Positions 25,028 through 36,547 of a stretch of 64,000 nucleotides of DNA are shown one piece after another. Origin of the DNA: Rhizaria sp. SCN 62-66 (lineage: Eukaryota). Numbering within the stretch: position 1 is the first letter of the stretch; each line of letters opens with the position of its first letter. Location of the stretch: the NCBI GenBank assembly GCA_001724265.1, contig MEDY01000191.1:1-64000 (forward strand), in the 5' to 3' direction. The position numbers and the translations under genes were made by a program. The notes beneath the pieces were generated by a model. That model searched no databases. It had not been told where the DNA came from and worked only from the letters and a program-made list of their open reading frames with translations.

Positions 25028-26752
25028 ATGGTAAGCCGATGGACTCGTCGCCACACACACCTCCAGCAACGCTTTGTGAATCAGATAGCAGCAGCGTGCA
25101 TACTCGTTGAAACGGCAATGTGTGATGCATTCCAGCTTTAGTTGACTGAGTTCTACATGCATTCTTAATTGTGTACCTTGTTTCTCGTGTTTATACTTCT
25201 CTGTATTCATACTCGAAACTTTGCTTAAACGGTCGTTGCTCTCCGTTTTCCCACCTTCGCTCCCGCAGGTCGACCTCATGTCCCTCGAGACTCTGCCCCC
25301 CATTGCCTCGGCTTGCGCCGTCACTGCGCTTGCCATGTACCCTGTGGACGTTGCCCGTGCGCTCAAGATGGCATCTGCCACTGGCCCCGGCTATACTCTC
25401 GGTGAGGTAAGCGAATGTTGCTTTCGTTCTGCCAACTGCACCTTCCTATCTTGAGTTTCAAACCAAACAAGACGACTAGCTACGCTTGTCTCATCAAGAT
25501 ATAGCTTGGTAGCACGATATAGTGTCCACTAAACTTGTAATCTGGTTGATCCTGTGATGTAAAGGCTATCCTTGTGTTATCTATCGAGTCTTAACTTAAT
25601 CTCTCACTCTCGCGTCTTCCTCCCCGACACTTTCATCGTCCACAGTTTGTTAAGACCCATGGCGTCAAGGGCCTGCTGTCGCAGGGTGTGATGCCCGAGA
25701 TCGTGCGCGCAACGTGGATGCGCGTGCTCAAGTTCTTCTTCTTCCCTATCACCTTCGAGGCCATGTACAACAAGCCCGTCTCCCAGGGCACGCCGCTCGA
25801 GAAGGGTCTGGCGGGCGCGCTGGCCGTGACGCCCGAAGTGGCCACGATCACCACGCTCGAGCTCGTCAAGATCGGCATCCAGCTTGACTCGCAGAAGAAG
25901 TACAAAAACTCCGGCGTCGCGCTCGTTAAGGACGTGATCGCGTCGCGCGGCGCGCTCGGCTGCATGGCCGGCTGGCAGGGCGTGCAGGCGCGCCAGATGC
26001 TCTGGACCGGAACCTACTTTGCCACGCTCGACACCTTCAAGAGGCTCGTCAGGAAGGTACGCAACACATCCCCGCTAGCTCCTCCGCGACAGTCCCTCTT
26101 CATAAATTCAACCTTAATCTTGTTGCTGCGACTTGAAACAGAAGAATTCATTGGAATTTCATGGTCTGAAATAATGTCATCAACGTCTAACACTAACAAT
26201 CTTGTTTGCTTCTTCTTTTTTTTTCCTCACTCGGCTTCTGCGCTGCACATCGCTGACTCACGATTGCCCGCCTCGCGCAGCCGCTCGCGGGCCTGGGCGA
26301 CTACGCCGCGGGCATGACCAACTTCACCGCGGGCTTCCTCGCCGGCGTCGCGGGCGCGGCCGCCAACACGCCCTGGGACGTCTGCCGCACCAACGTGCAG
26401 AAGGAGTTCCTCCAGGCGCCCAAGGGCTCCAACCTGAGCTACGCGCTCTCGCTCAATAAGCTGCTGGGCGTCGGCAAGGACATCGTCGCGCAGCGCGGCG
26501 TCAAGTCCCTCTACGCGGGCTTCGGCTTCAAGGCGCTCCACATGGGTACGCACTTTGACAACAATCAGCACCGCTCATTCAAACCTATATCCTATCTCGG
26601 ATCTCTTTATGTTGCGTTTCAAGTTGAGTAAACTCACTCTCTGGTAATTTCCGTATTGTTTTGTGTCTTCCGTAGGTGGTTCTGGTGCTTGCGTTGCGCT
26701 GCTTATCCCCATCTTTGCGAAGATGTTCGGCGTCACCAAGGTCATCATGTAA
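25028..26752 (+). CDS. Mitochondrial carrier (SLC25) family protein; exons ~25028-25030 (ATG only, tentative), 25269-25406, 25646-26056, 26281-26545, 26676-26752
   Basis: Three carrier signature-like motifs (YPVDVAR, TTLELVK, TPWDVCR), plus GVKGLLSQG and GVKSLYAGF. Introns restore one frame. Ends TAA. An alternative start is ATG 25278. Confidence 0.88.
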
Positions 26753-27316
26753 GTAAGTGATCCTGGTTTGCACTATCGCATTGCGACTTATCTATTGCAC
26801 TCGTTTAACCTTCGTTTCTCCTTGGTCTGAGCGCCATACGCAAGCGAACAACTAAAAAACACGTTCACGTCTTTTTCACCGTGATCAAGCTCGACGAAGA
26901 CAAGACTGTTTGCATAACGCCCCACAAACATATGCAAGTTGTTGGATTGATAACAGCAGGGACAAAATTGTTGTGCTCACGCTTGTTACCAGAAGCAACA
27001 CAATATGTGGGCTGCAGACGCGGTTTATTGAGTGAAAAACTACATTGATACATAATTCCTCTTTATAGACAAAACAAGTCAAGATCTTACATTTTCCTTT
27101 AGCATCAAGACGCTGCATTCATGTTGCTGTGTGTTGATAATGTATTTGATGCAGATTGAAACTCAAGTTCACTCTACAGATGGAAAAGGCCTTCCCGAAC
27201 ACAAAACAAAACAACGAATAAACTCGGATATAGCTTCACCACAGGCCGAAGGACTGCAACACTTCACATATTGACATCTCACGCTCGTCCGCGCGCGCAG
27301 CCCAGGCCAGCTCAGC

Positions 27317-28760
27317 TCACTCGACGAACGCGGCGACCTTGGCCGCCACCACGGTACTCACGCCCGCGTCGGCGGTGGCCGCGCCGACCGCCGCCGCCAC
27401 CGCCGCGCCCACCTCCGTCTCCACCTCGCCCGCAGCGCCCGCGCCACTGACAGCGGAGACTGCGGGCGAGCGAGTGAGCGAGAGCAGCGTCTGCGCGGCG
27501 GGCGTCACGGCGTCGGTGGCGGCGCCCGCGGCGGCCAGCGCAGCGGCGCAGCGGCGGTGGCCGCCCCATGCCGCGTGCAGCAGCGCCGTCAGCCCGCAGC
27601 GGTCGCGCGCGTCCACGCCGCTGCCGCCGCTCTTGCCGCGAGCGGCGTCGCCGTCGCTGTCGAGATAGGCGAGGAGGGCGGCCAACGCGCGGGTGCGGCC
27701 GGCGGCGGCGGCCACGGCGAGGGGCGCGCGGCCCGCGCTGTCGCCCGCAGCCACGCCCGCCGATACAGCAACGGCCGCAGCAGAAGCCGCCTCAGCGTTG
27801 GTCGCGGCGGAGGCGGAGGCGAAGGCGGAGGCGGAGGCGGAGGCGGAGGCGGAGGCGGAGGCGGAGGCGGAGGCGGAGGCGGAGGCGGAGGCGGAGGCGG
27901 AGGCGGAGGCGGAGGGTGGGGAGAGAGAGGAGGAACGCGAGAGAGCGCGCGGCGCCGGCGGCGGCCAGCTCGTGGAGCAGCGAGTGCACGGGCGCGGATG
28001 AAGATAGCAGCTGCGCCAGCGCCGCGGGCACCGAGCCGGCGTCGCCGAGGGTCACACTGCCGATGCTGCTGCTGCTGCTGCTGCTGCTAGCCTCAGTAAC
28101 GCCAGCAAGCGAGAGGGGCGCCAGCAGCGACGCCGCGTAGACGCCGTAGCTCGTGGCGGGGGCGGCGGCGGCGGCTGCGGCGGGGAGCGCGAGCGGCAGC
28201 GTGGGGAGCGTGAGGGCGGGTGGCAGCGCGGCCGACAGCGCGGCGGGGCCCGGCGCCGCGGGCGCGGACACCGCGGCCGCGGACGGCAGCAGCGGCGCGC
28301 AGGGCGGCGCGGGCAGCGAGAACGCGCGGCCGGGCACCATCGTCACGGCCGCGGCCGCGGGCTCGCCGCTGCTGCCGGCGCAGTTGCCGTCGCCGCCGTA
28401 GAGGGCGAGGAGGTCGGCGAGCGTGAAGCCGGCCTGAGCGGCCGCGGTGGGCAACAGCAGCGCCTGCAGGGTAGCCAGCACGGCCCCGTCGGCAGCGCGC
28501 AGCGCGGCGCGCGTCGCGGGGGATTCGTCGGCGTCGGCGTCATCGGAGTCGGCGTCATTAGCGGCAACAGCGGCGCTGGTGGCGTGGGTCGCGGGCGCCG
28601 CGGCAAGGAGTTCGGCGCGGTCGTCTGCTGAGAGGATGACAGCATCGTGAGCGGCAGTGGGGACGCCCAGTGCGGCAGCGCGAAGTTGGAGAGCGAGGCG
28701 CGCGAGCGCGACGGCGACGGGCGGACGCGAGCTGAGTGACTCGAGCAAGTTCTGGGACAT
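27317..28760 (-). CDS. Ankyrin-repeat protein with an apparent +1 frameshift at ~27915, at the edge of a hexamer microsatellite
   Basis: The upstream frame gives SLLHELAAAGAARSLAFLL. The downstream frame gives poly-(Ser-Ala), then GRAPLAVAAAAG and VDARDRCGLTALLHAAWGGHRRCAAALAAAGA. ATG-to-stop length is 1444 nt = 3n+1. Ends TGA. Confidence 0.7.
27806..27914. repeat. (GGCGGA)n microsatellite, ~18 units, encoding poly-(Ser-Ala) on the minus strand
   Basis: Directly visible tandem hexamer with one variant unit (GGCGAA). Confidence 0.95.
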
Positions 28761-29356
28761 GTTCGTCAAGAATGCGACGCAAAGACGTTGCGGGTTTAAG
28801 CACGGGTCAAGAAAGGTATTCTTTCGTAGATATAAATACTTAACGTACAAGAAGACAGTGAAAATATGATAATGGTTACGCATGAATCAAGGTGTAAGAT
28901 AAGGTGAGTGAGATGGAGATGAGGGGACGATAACGCCCAATGAATAGATGATATATCGTACATATATAGCGCGCATGAGAGTGGAGATAAAATAAATCGC
29001 AAAATGTTGTAATTTTATGTCCTGATATGTCGAACTAATACTAAAATGTTATGATGAGAGACGAGAAATCCATGTTGAATTCTTGGCCAAACTCCGTCCT
29101 TCTGACCGAGTCGCAGGAGGCAGTGCAAGAGCGAAACCGCATCATCAAAAATCATGGTGTATTGGGATATAAGCAGTGGTTATCAAGATATGAACACAAT
29201 TTCCTAAAAGAGTGCCTTCATTTGTTCACGAAAACGTTACATTTTAAGTCATACCATCAGTTCTGTCACCAAGATCCGCCGATTTTACAACTCAGAGAGG
29301 GAAACAAGTGTTAAATTGAGTGTTGGCGACAGCCATCACCTCGCGTTGTGGTCGGC

Positions 29357-30127
29357 TCACGCAGTCTTTTTCTTGCTAATAGTCGCAGTTACAGCCGCGG
29401 TACGCGAGGAGCGGCGCACGGGCGCTCCATCGGCGGTCTTAGTGGCCGCAGCGGCGGCCTTGGCGGCGGGGCGCGCGCGCTTGGCAGCGGGCGCGGCAGC
29501 AGCGTCGCAGGCGTCGTCGCAGGCGTCGGCCGCGCCGGACGCGCGGGCCTTGCCCGTCGCGCCAGCCTTCTTCCCCTTAATGTCACCGGTCTTTTCGCCT
29601 TCAGCAGCGGCTTTGGGGGCGGTTGCGGTGGCGGCGGCGGCGGCCTTGCTCCCCTTGCCCGGGAGGATGGCGATGATGTTCTCCAGCGGCCGGCCCAGCG
29701 CTGCGGCGTCAGCCGTCACGGCCAGCGGACGCTCCATCAGACGCGGGTTCGCGGCCAGCGCCTTGGCAACAGCGGCAGCCGAGTCCAGCTTGAAGGGCTT
29801 TTCGCGGAAGGCGGGCTCCTTGGAGCGCACCAGTGACGCCGCCGCAGAATCTCCGCCAAGCTTGGAGAGCACAGAAAGCAGCTATAAAAAGCAAATGAAG
29901 ACATAAAACGTGGTATTGTGAAAATAATGTGAATCCGTATGTGCTTTGTTAAAATATACTCAGAATCAGTCATATTGTTGTGCTGTGTGGTGACGAACCT
30001 GAGTCTCTGACAGAGGCTCCTTGAGATACTCTACGACAGTCATGTCGACGGAGCGCCCCTGCAGCGCAGCAACAGCCTCACGGCTTTTGGAGCAACTGGG
30101 GTTATGATACAAAACAAGCTTGGACAT
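29357..30127 (-). CDS. arsC: ArsC-family (glutaredoxin-dependent type) arsenate reductase with basic Ala/Lys-rich C-terminal tail; exons 30127-29999 and 29881-29357
   Basis: LYHNPSCSKSR active-site motif, VEYLKEPL, LVRSKE, NPRLMERPL and LGRPLENI all match the E. coli-type ArsC layout. One GT..AG intron. Ends TGA. Confidence 0.88.
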
Positions 30128-30445
30128 CGATGAGCAGAAGGACCGGGTCGTGCTTGCACGCATTCACTCTGTATGTGTTGCTAATCTTGTCGTCCACACC
30201 TTTGTCCCAGCGCTGGCTACCGCAAAGCAAATATCACGGCACATGCGTCTAGACATACCCCTTCGACAGCGAACAAATTGAACCGCACTCTCGGATTTCT
30301 CATTACTTTTCCGTAAATTTATATTTATTATACTTTATCAATCTCGCGCCATCCCCATTATTTTTCTGCTTTTAGTTTCTCTCAGCGCTCTCCGCAAAGC
30401 TCTCCTGTCTTCTTGTCTTCTTCTGCGAAGTCAGAGGACAGATTG

Positions 30446-33097
30446 ATGAGCAGCGACCCCCACCGCGGTGCGGTGCAGCGCGACTGCCCTTCCGCGCCTT
30501 GGACCGCGCCCTGGACCTCCGAGACGCCCATCCCGCACAAGGCCGTGCCCCCGCACTTCATCTCGCAGCCCCAGCGCCATTACTTCGTTCCCGCCGCCGA
30601 CGCCGCCGCGGGCGCAAGCGCGGACCTGTTCCCCGCGACGCGCGGCGCCGCGGACTGCGCGCCTGACGCGCTGGATGGCGCGGTCGTGTCTGCCGCCGCG
30701 GCCGCGCGGCGGCGCTTCGCGCACCCGTTCCTGCAAGCGCTGCTGGAGCGGCGGCCGGCGGACGTGACGGCCGCGGCCGACGCGCCGTACCTTAAGTTCC
30801 TCTCGCCCATGGTGCGGTACTCGAAGCTGCCGTTTCGGCTGCTGTGCCGCCGCTACGGCGCGGACCTGGCCTTCACGCCCATGCTCGTGGCCAAGGACCT
30901 CAACCGCTCCGGCTTCGCCAACGACCTCGCGGCCCAGCCCTCGCCGCTGTGGGCCGCCGCTCAGGCTGACGCCGCGCAGACGGCCGCCCGCAGCGTTGTG
31001 CGGGGCAGCGCGGGCGACGAGGACGGCGACGGCAGCCGGCGACGTCTTAGCAGTGGCGCCAACAGCGGCGGCGGTGCTGTGACGTCCTTCGCAGTGGTGA
31101 CGCCGGCGACGGACGCGGCCGCCGAGGCGGATCCCTCGGCCCTGCTCGCCGCCGCCGCCGACACCGACGCGGCCTCGCTCTCACTCTTGCAGCAGCAGCA
31201 GCTGCAGCGCCAGCGCAGCTGCTGCCACAGCAGCGGCGCATACTCCGTGCTGACCGGCGGCGCGGGCGCCTGGGGCACTGAGGCCGCCGGGACAGCGGCG
31301 TTCGCGAGCGCTGTGGGCGCGCGGGACCCCTTCGCGCTGCGGCTGTCGCTGGAGGAGTTCTCGACGGCGCCCGCGGACCGGCCGCTGGTGGCGCAGCTGG
31401 CGGCCAACGACCCCGTCGAAGTCTCGCGCGCGGCCGCCGCGCTCGCGCGCTACGTAGACGGCGTCGACCTCAACTGCGGCTGCCCGCAGACGTGGGTGAT
31501 CCAGCAGAAGATCGGCGCCGCGCTCTCGGCGCGCCCCGAGGCCGTGGCGGAGCTGGTGCGCGCCGCGCGCGCGACGCTGCCGGCGGACAAGACCGTCTCG
31601 CTCAAGATCCGGCTAAGGCCCGACCTGCGGCAGACGGTGGAGCTGGTGCGGCGCGCCGAGGCTGCGGGCGCGGACTGGGTGACGGTGCACGGGCGCACCC
31701 GCGAAGAGCGCACGCAGACGGCCGTGCGCGCCGACGCCATCGCGCTGCTGCGCTCCGTCGCCACGGTGCCCGTCATTTACAACGGCGACCTCACAACGCC
31801 CGCGGAGATGGACGCCGCCGCGGCGGGCACCGGCGCCGCGGGTGTGCTGCTCGCGCGCGGCGCGCTCGCCAACCCGGGGCTCTTCTGTGGCGCCGCGGCG
31901 CTGCCCGCGCGCGCCGTGGCCGACTACGCAGACTTGGCGCTGCGCTACGGCTCTCTCTTCCCCATGCACCTGCACCACCTCACCTACATGCTGTTCGCGC
32001 CGCTCGCTAAGGCCCGCCGCAGCGCGCTCGCGCGCGCCAAGTCCGCCGCCGCCGCGCTCGTCGACTCGGGCGCCGCCGCCGCGGGCCGCTGGGGCGGCGC
32101 GGGCTTCGACCGCGGAACCGCCACTGGCGCCGCAGCCGCCGCCACGGGCACTGCCACTGCCTCTGGGAGCCAGAGGCAGAGCAAGCGACAGAGCCGGCGG
32201 ACGCGCGCGTGCGGCAGCGGCGGCGTCTGGGGCGCGGGCGCCTACTCGCGCTGGGGCTACGGCGCCGACGGGACTGACGACGACGAAGGCGACGACGGCA
32301 CTCACGGTGGCATTGGCTTTGGCGAGGACGAGGACGAGGCCGCGGCGGTGCGGTGCGCGGCCGAGGCCGAGGCGGCCCGCGTGCTGCGCAGCGCCGCCGC
32401 CGCCGCCGCGGACTGCGGGCGGCGGTGCCCGGTCTACTCCGTCAGCGCCAGCGGCCGCGGACTGGGCCTGGGGCTGGATCTGGAGCGCCGGTTTGCGCCG
32501 GAGGTGTCGCCCAGCGAGGTACGTCGAATTCCGTCTATATAGCGTTGAATATGTTGTTTTGGTGTAAATCACTGTCTTTTATATGTTATTTTGCACATCT
32601 TCTCACCTTGTTTCTTGTTTGCTCTTTGTATCCCTCCGCAGGCTCCGATGGACTTCACGGGCCGCTGGGCTTGTCCGGACGGCTACCACCTCTACAGCGG
32701 CGGCGGCGCGGCCACCGGCGACGGCGACGACGGCTCCAGCCACCCCGAGTACCAGTACGGCGCTCATAGTTGCAGCGGCAACGGCAGCAATACTGACGAC
32801 TGCGAGCGCGCCGCGTTCGCCGGCGCTGCGCACTGCTGCAGCGCCGACGTGGGCGTGCCGCTGTGGCGGCGCCCGCGCGGCGGCCGCTGCGCTTGCTGCG
32901 GAGACCGCGCCTGCGACGGCTACGACTGCGTCGACGACACCGGCGACGCCGGTGACCGTGACCGTGACCGTGGCCGTGAGCCCAATGACGCAGACGCGGA
33001 CGCGGACGCCGAGGGTGCGCTGTGGGGCTGGCTGGAGCGTGAGACCGGCCGCGCGGGCGCGCGCGGGCACAGCGACGGCGTGCGCTACTGGGCCTGA
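30446..33097 (+). CDS. DUS4: tRNA-dihydrouridine synthase 4-like; exons 30446-32518 and 32642-33097
   Basis: PMVRYSKLPFRLL, FTPM, DRPLVAQLAAND, GVDLNCGCPQ, VSLKIR, VTVHGRT, PVIYNGD, ARGALANPGLF. The GTACGT..CAG intron gives an in-frame terminal exon ending TGA. Confidence 0.88.
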
Positions 33098-33553
33098 GTG
33101 AGGCCGCCTCAGTCGGCATCATGGTGACACGAAGAGGCGTCTAGTGCGCCTCCGTGGGAGCAGTGACGTCAAATCAACTATAAGCTTATTTAGTTTAGCA
33201 ACGATGTTGTTTTTTTTTCCAAGAGACAACATCTTGGGGTGAATACAATCACATTCAAGAGGATCATACATTGATCATTCTGGTCCTAGTCAACAAAATG
33301 AATCAGGAATTGTATTGTGCTGCCCTTCACCTGGAGGCGGTTAGTCTAAGTATCTAAGTATTCGTCGGTATTAATGTGTCTCCGCATTGCAACATAGTGT
33401 AATTACGACATATTGTAACAATAAATCACTCTCCGTGATTCACTGTGACAAGACCATCGATGATTACAGTCGTCGTAGTCGTTGAACTGTGTTGCAAAAC
33501 TGCACAATTGAATGCATTGCAGTGCGCGTTGGTTTGGGCGCTCACGGTTCGCC

Positions 33554-36547
33554 TCAGTCGTCCGCGTCGGCCTCGGAGTCGGACTCGGGCTCCGCCACCA
33601 GGAAGTCCCCCAGGCTCACGGTCACCTTGGCCGCGGCCACCGGGCTCGCGGCCTCAGTCGCAGAAGAGCTCGCACCTGCAGCTGCGGTCGCAGGCGCGGC
33701 CTCGGTCGCAGCAGCGGCCCCAGCGGCGGCAGCGGGCGCGGCAGCGGCGACGTCGTCCAGCGAGTCGCTCTCGATGGCACTGTGCTGAGCCGCGGCAGCG
33801 TGGCTCGGGGCAGCCGGCTTCACAGGCTCTTGCTTCGCGGGCTCCTGCTTGGCGGACTGCTGATTGGCGGACTGCTGATTGGCGGACTGCTGATTGGCGG
33901 ACTGCTGATTGGCGGACTGCTGCGGCCGAGCGGGCTCCTGCGACTTCGGCGCAGCCTCGGCCACCTTTGCCGCAGGCTTCGCAGGAGCCGTAGCAGCAGG
34001 CTTCGGAAATACAACAACAGCAGCAGCAGCGGTAGCAGCATCAGGCTTCGCATCCATCTCAGCCTTCGCAGCAGACGCAGCCGGGGTGTTGGCTTGCTGC
34101 TGGTGCTGCATCTGCGCGAGCCTCCGGGCGCGGTCGACCTGCTTGCGCGCGGCGGCGAGGCGCTCCTGAGCGAAGGCCAGCGCGCAGGCCGCCGAGCAGA
34201 AGCGCGTCCCGGGCGCCACCGCGGGCAGCCGCACGGCCGCGCCGTTGCCCGCGGCGGCCGTGGCGGCGATGTCGGCGATGTCGGCGTCGAGCGCAGCGTC
34301 GAAGGGCAGCCCCGCGGCAGCGGGGAACTGGCAGTAGCACTGGTAGCACGCGCAACGCCCAGCGGCGCCGCTGCTGCCACTGTTGCCACTGCTGCTGCTG
34401 ATGCTGCCACTGCTGCTGCCACTGCTGCTGCTGTTGGCAAGGTAGCGCAGGGGTACGCGTGCAGCCAGCAAGTCCCACAGGTCGCCCCCGCCGCTCCCCT
34501 CCTCGCCCATAGTGGCAGCAGCGGCAGCAGTCGCGGCGCTCGAGGCTGAGGCCGAGGCGGCGGCAGCGGCGGCGCCCGCAGCGACCGCGGCCGCCCGAGG
34601 CCCGCCAGGCTTGCCACTCGCCCCGCTCGCACTCCCATTCCCACTCCCACTCGCACTTGCAGCGGCGGGCGCGGCGGCGGCGGCAGCGGCTGCGGCCTGC
34701 GCGCCCTGAACCCACGCGGCGCGCGCGGCCTTGAAGTCGCTCTGCGCGGCGGCCTCGTCGTACTGGCCCCATAGTAACGACCCGGGCGCGGGCGGCGCGT
34801 CCTCCCCGTCGTACCCCGCGTCGCCGACACCGCCATTGCCGGGCCTGTCGTCGACGTCCGCGGCCCACTCGATGCCGTCGCGTACGAACCGGCCCTGCGC
34901 CGCGCGCGCCTCGCCCGCAGCGCCGCCGCCATAGCCGGCGCTGCCGTTTCCAGCGCCGTCGGTGTCGGCGCCGTCGGTGTCGGCGTCGGCGCTGGCCCGG
35001 GTGCCGCGGCCGTACCACGCGCCCTGCTGCCGCTGCTGCTGCTGGCTCGCCGCCGCGGCCGCCGCGGACGCCGCGGGCGCGGGCGCGGGCAGGCCCATGA
35101 AGGCGGCGCGGGCGGCGGCAAACTCGGCGTTGTTCACCCCTTCGTCGTACGACCCCCATAGTAAGGACCCGGGGGCGCCGCTCATGGGCGCAGCGCCACC
35201 GCTGCTGCTGCCGCTCTGGCTGCCGCTGCGGGCCGCGATGGTGCGCTCCCCGCCCTGCCCGGCCCCCGCCTTCGCCCCAGCCTGCGCCCCAGCCCGCGCC
35301 CCGGCGACGCGGGGGGCGATGGTGCGCACCCCGCGCGCGTCCGTGCTGATCAGCACCGGCCCCGCGCTGCCGCCGCTGCCGTGGCTGCTCGCGCCACTGC
35401 CGCCGCTATTGTTGGTGTTGAAGGCGGCGCGCGCGGCGGCGAACTCAGCGTTGTTGGCGCCCTCGTCGTATGTGCCCCATAGTAAGGACCCGGGGGCGCC
35501 GGGCGGCGGCGCGCGCCCGCCCGAGCTGGTGCTGGCCCCCCCAGGGGCGGGGGCTTGGCTGGCAGCGGCAGTCAAGATGGTAGCAGGACTGCTGCTGCTG
35601 TTGCTGCTGCTACTGCTGTTGCTGCTGGCGAGAATGGAGCGCGCTGAGGCGAGGCGGGCGAGCGCGGGCGCGGGCACGGGCACGGGTGCGGCGGGCGCGC
35701 CCGCGGCGGCAGCCACAGCGGCGGCCACGGCGGCCAGCGAGCTCGACCCCGATGGGGGGCGCGCCAGGGCGGGCTGCCGCTGCGGCGGCGGCGGCGGCAG
35801 CTGCGACTGGGAGCGCAGGGACGAGCCCGTCGCCACGGCCGTCGCCTGCTGCGGCTGCAACTGCTGCTGGGGACGGGCGACGCCCGAGAGCGGCCGGCCC
35901 GTGCTAGACAGCGGCCGCTCCATCGAGTACGCGGGCGCCTGCACGCGCCGCGCGCCCCCGGCCACGCCGCCGGCCCCGGCCCCGGCCCCTGCAGCGGCGC
36001 CGGCCCCAGCGGCACCGGCCGTGGCGCGCGGGGGACGGGCCGCCTGCGGCTGTGGCGACAACTGTTGCTGTGAAGAAAAGTTGACGGAGATTAGGCTACC
36101 CAGGTCGAGCTGTCCGCTGCCGTTGTTTGCACTGCCCGCGCTGCCAGCTGGCGCAGCGCCAGCCGCGCCCGGCCGCTTCTTGGCGCCGGCAGCGCCAGCA
36201 CTGCTCGCAGCGACTACGCCAGCGCCGGCGACAGGGGTTCCCGCACCCCGGCGCAATGCAGCAGCACCGGCGCCGCTGCCAGCAGCGCCCGCAGCGCCGC
36301 CCGCGCCGCCGCCGTTGGTCGCAGAGGCAGCCCAATAGACTCCGCCCTGCTTCTCGCGAACGCGCTGCCACTGATCCTTGTCGGCGCTCAGCTTTGCCCG
36401 CAGCGCCTGCAGCCGCGCATCCATGCGGTCCGTCTCCTCCTGCAGCGCCTGCAGCTGCGCAGACGGAGCTGCGGGTGCAGGCGCGGCGGCAGGCGCAGCG
36501 GCAGGAGCGCGGGGGCGGCCGCCTTGGGAAGGCGCCGAAGAGCTCAT
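33554..36547 (-). CDS. ZBBX-like protein: N-terminal coiled coil, three GSLLWGxYDE..F..AR..(F/W) repeats, C-terminal Cys-rich finger
   Basis: LQALQEETDRMDARLQALRAKL...YWAAS at the N-terminus. The repeats resemble, from memory, the ZBBX LLxGxFDExxSAxSFQEALxxWR motif. CYQCYCQF..RFCSAAC finger. Ends TGA. Confidence 0.6.
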   Translation of the reverse strand: MSSSAPSQGGRPRAPAAAPAAAPAPAAPSAQLQALQEETDRMDARLQALRAKLSADKDQWQRVREKQGGVYWAASATNGGGAGGAAGAAGSGAGAAALRRGAGTPVAGAGVVAASSAGAAGAKKRPGAAGAAPAGSAGSANNGSGQLDLGSLISVNFSSQQQLSPQPQAARPPRATAGAAGAGAAAGAGAGAGGVAGGARRVQAPAYSMERPLSSTGRPLSGVARPQQQLQPQQATAVATGSSLRSQSQLPPPPPQRQPALARPPSGSSSLAAVAAAVAAAAGAPAAPVPVPAPALARLASARSILASSNSSSSSNSSSSPATILTAAASQAPAPGGASTSSGGRAPPPGAPGSLLWGTYDEGANNAEFAAARAAFNTNNSGGSGASSHGSGGSAGPVLISTDARGVRTIAPRVAGARAGAQAGAKAGAGQGGERTIAARSGSQSGSSSGGAAPMSGAPGSLLWGSYDEGVNNAEFAAARAAFMGLPAPAPAASAAAAAASQQQQRQQGAWYGRGTRASADADTDGADTDGAGNGSAGYGGGAAGEARAAQGRFVRDGIEWAADVDDRPGNGGVGDAGYDGEDAPPAPGSLLWGQYDEAAAQSDFKAARAAWVQGAQAAAAAAAAAPAAASASGSGNGSASGASGKPGGPRAAAVAAGAAAAAASASASSAATAAAAATMGEEGSGGGDLWDLLAARVPLRYLANSSSSGSSSGSISSSSGNSGSSGAAGRCACYQCYCQFPAAAGLPFDAALDADIADIAATAAAGNGAAVRLPAVAPGTRFCSAACALAFAQERLAAARKQVDRARRLAQMQHQQQANTPAASAAKAEMDAKPDAATAAAAVVVFPKPAATAPAKPAAKVAEAAPKSQEPARPQQSANQQSANQQSANQQSANQQSAKQEPAKQEPVKPAAPSHAAAAQHSAIESDSLDDVAAAAPAAAAGAAAATEAAPATAAAGASSSATEAASPVAAAKVTVSLGDFLVAEPESDSEADADD
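33848..33921. repeat. 15-bp tandem repeat (TTGGCGGACTGCTGA, ~5 copies) encoding (QQSAN)n on the minus strand
   Basis: Directly visible; translates as QQSANQQSANQQSANQQSANQQSAK. Confidence 0.9.

Noticed and set aside
33848-33921. Tandem repeats as a CRISPR-like array
   Set aside because: No unique spacers; the repeats are in-frame coding units within a eukaryotic gene, and no cas genes are present.
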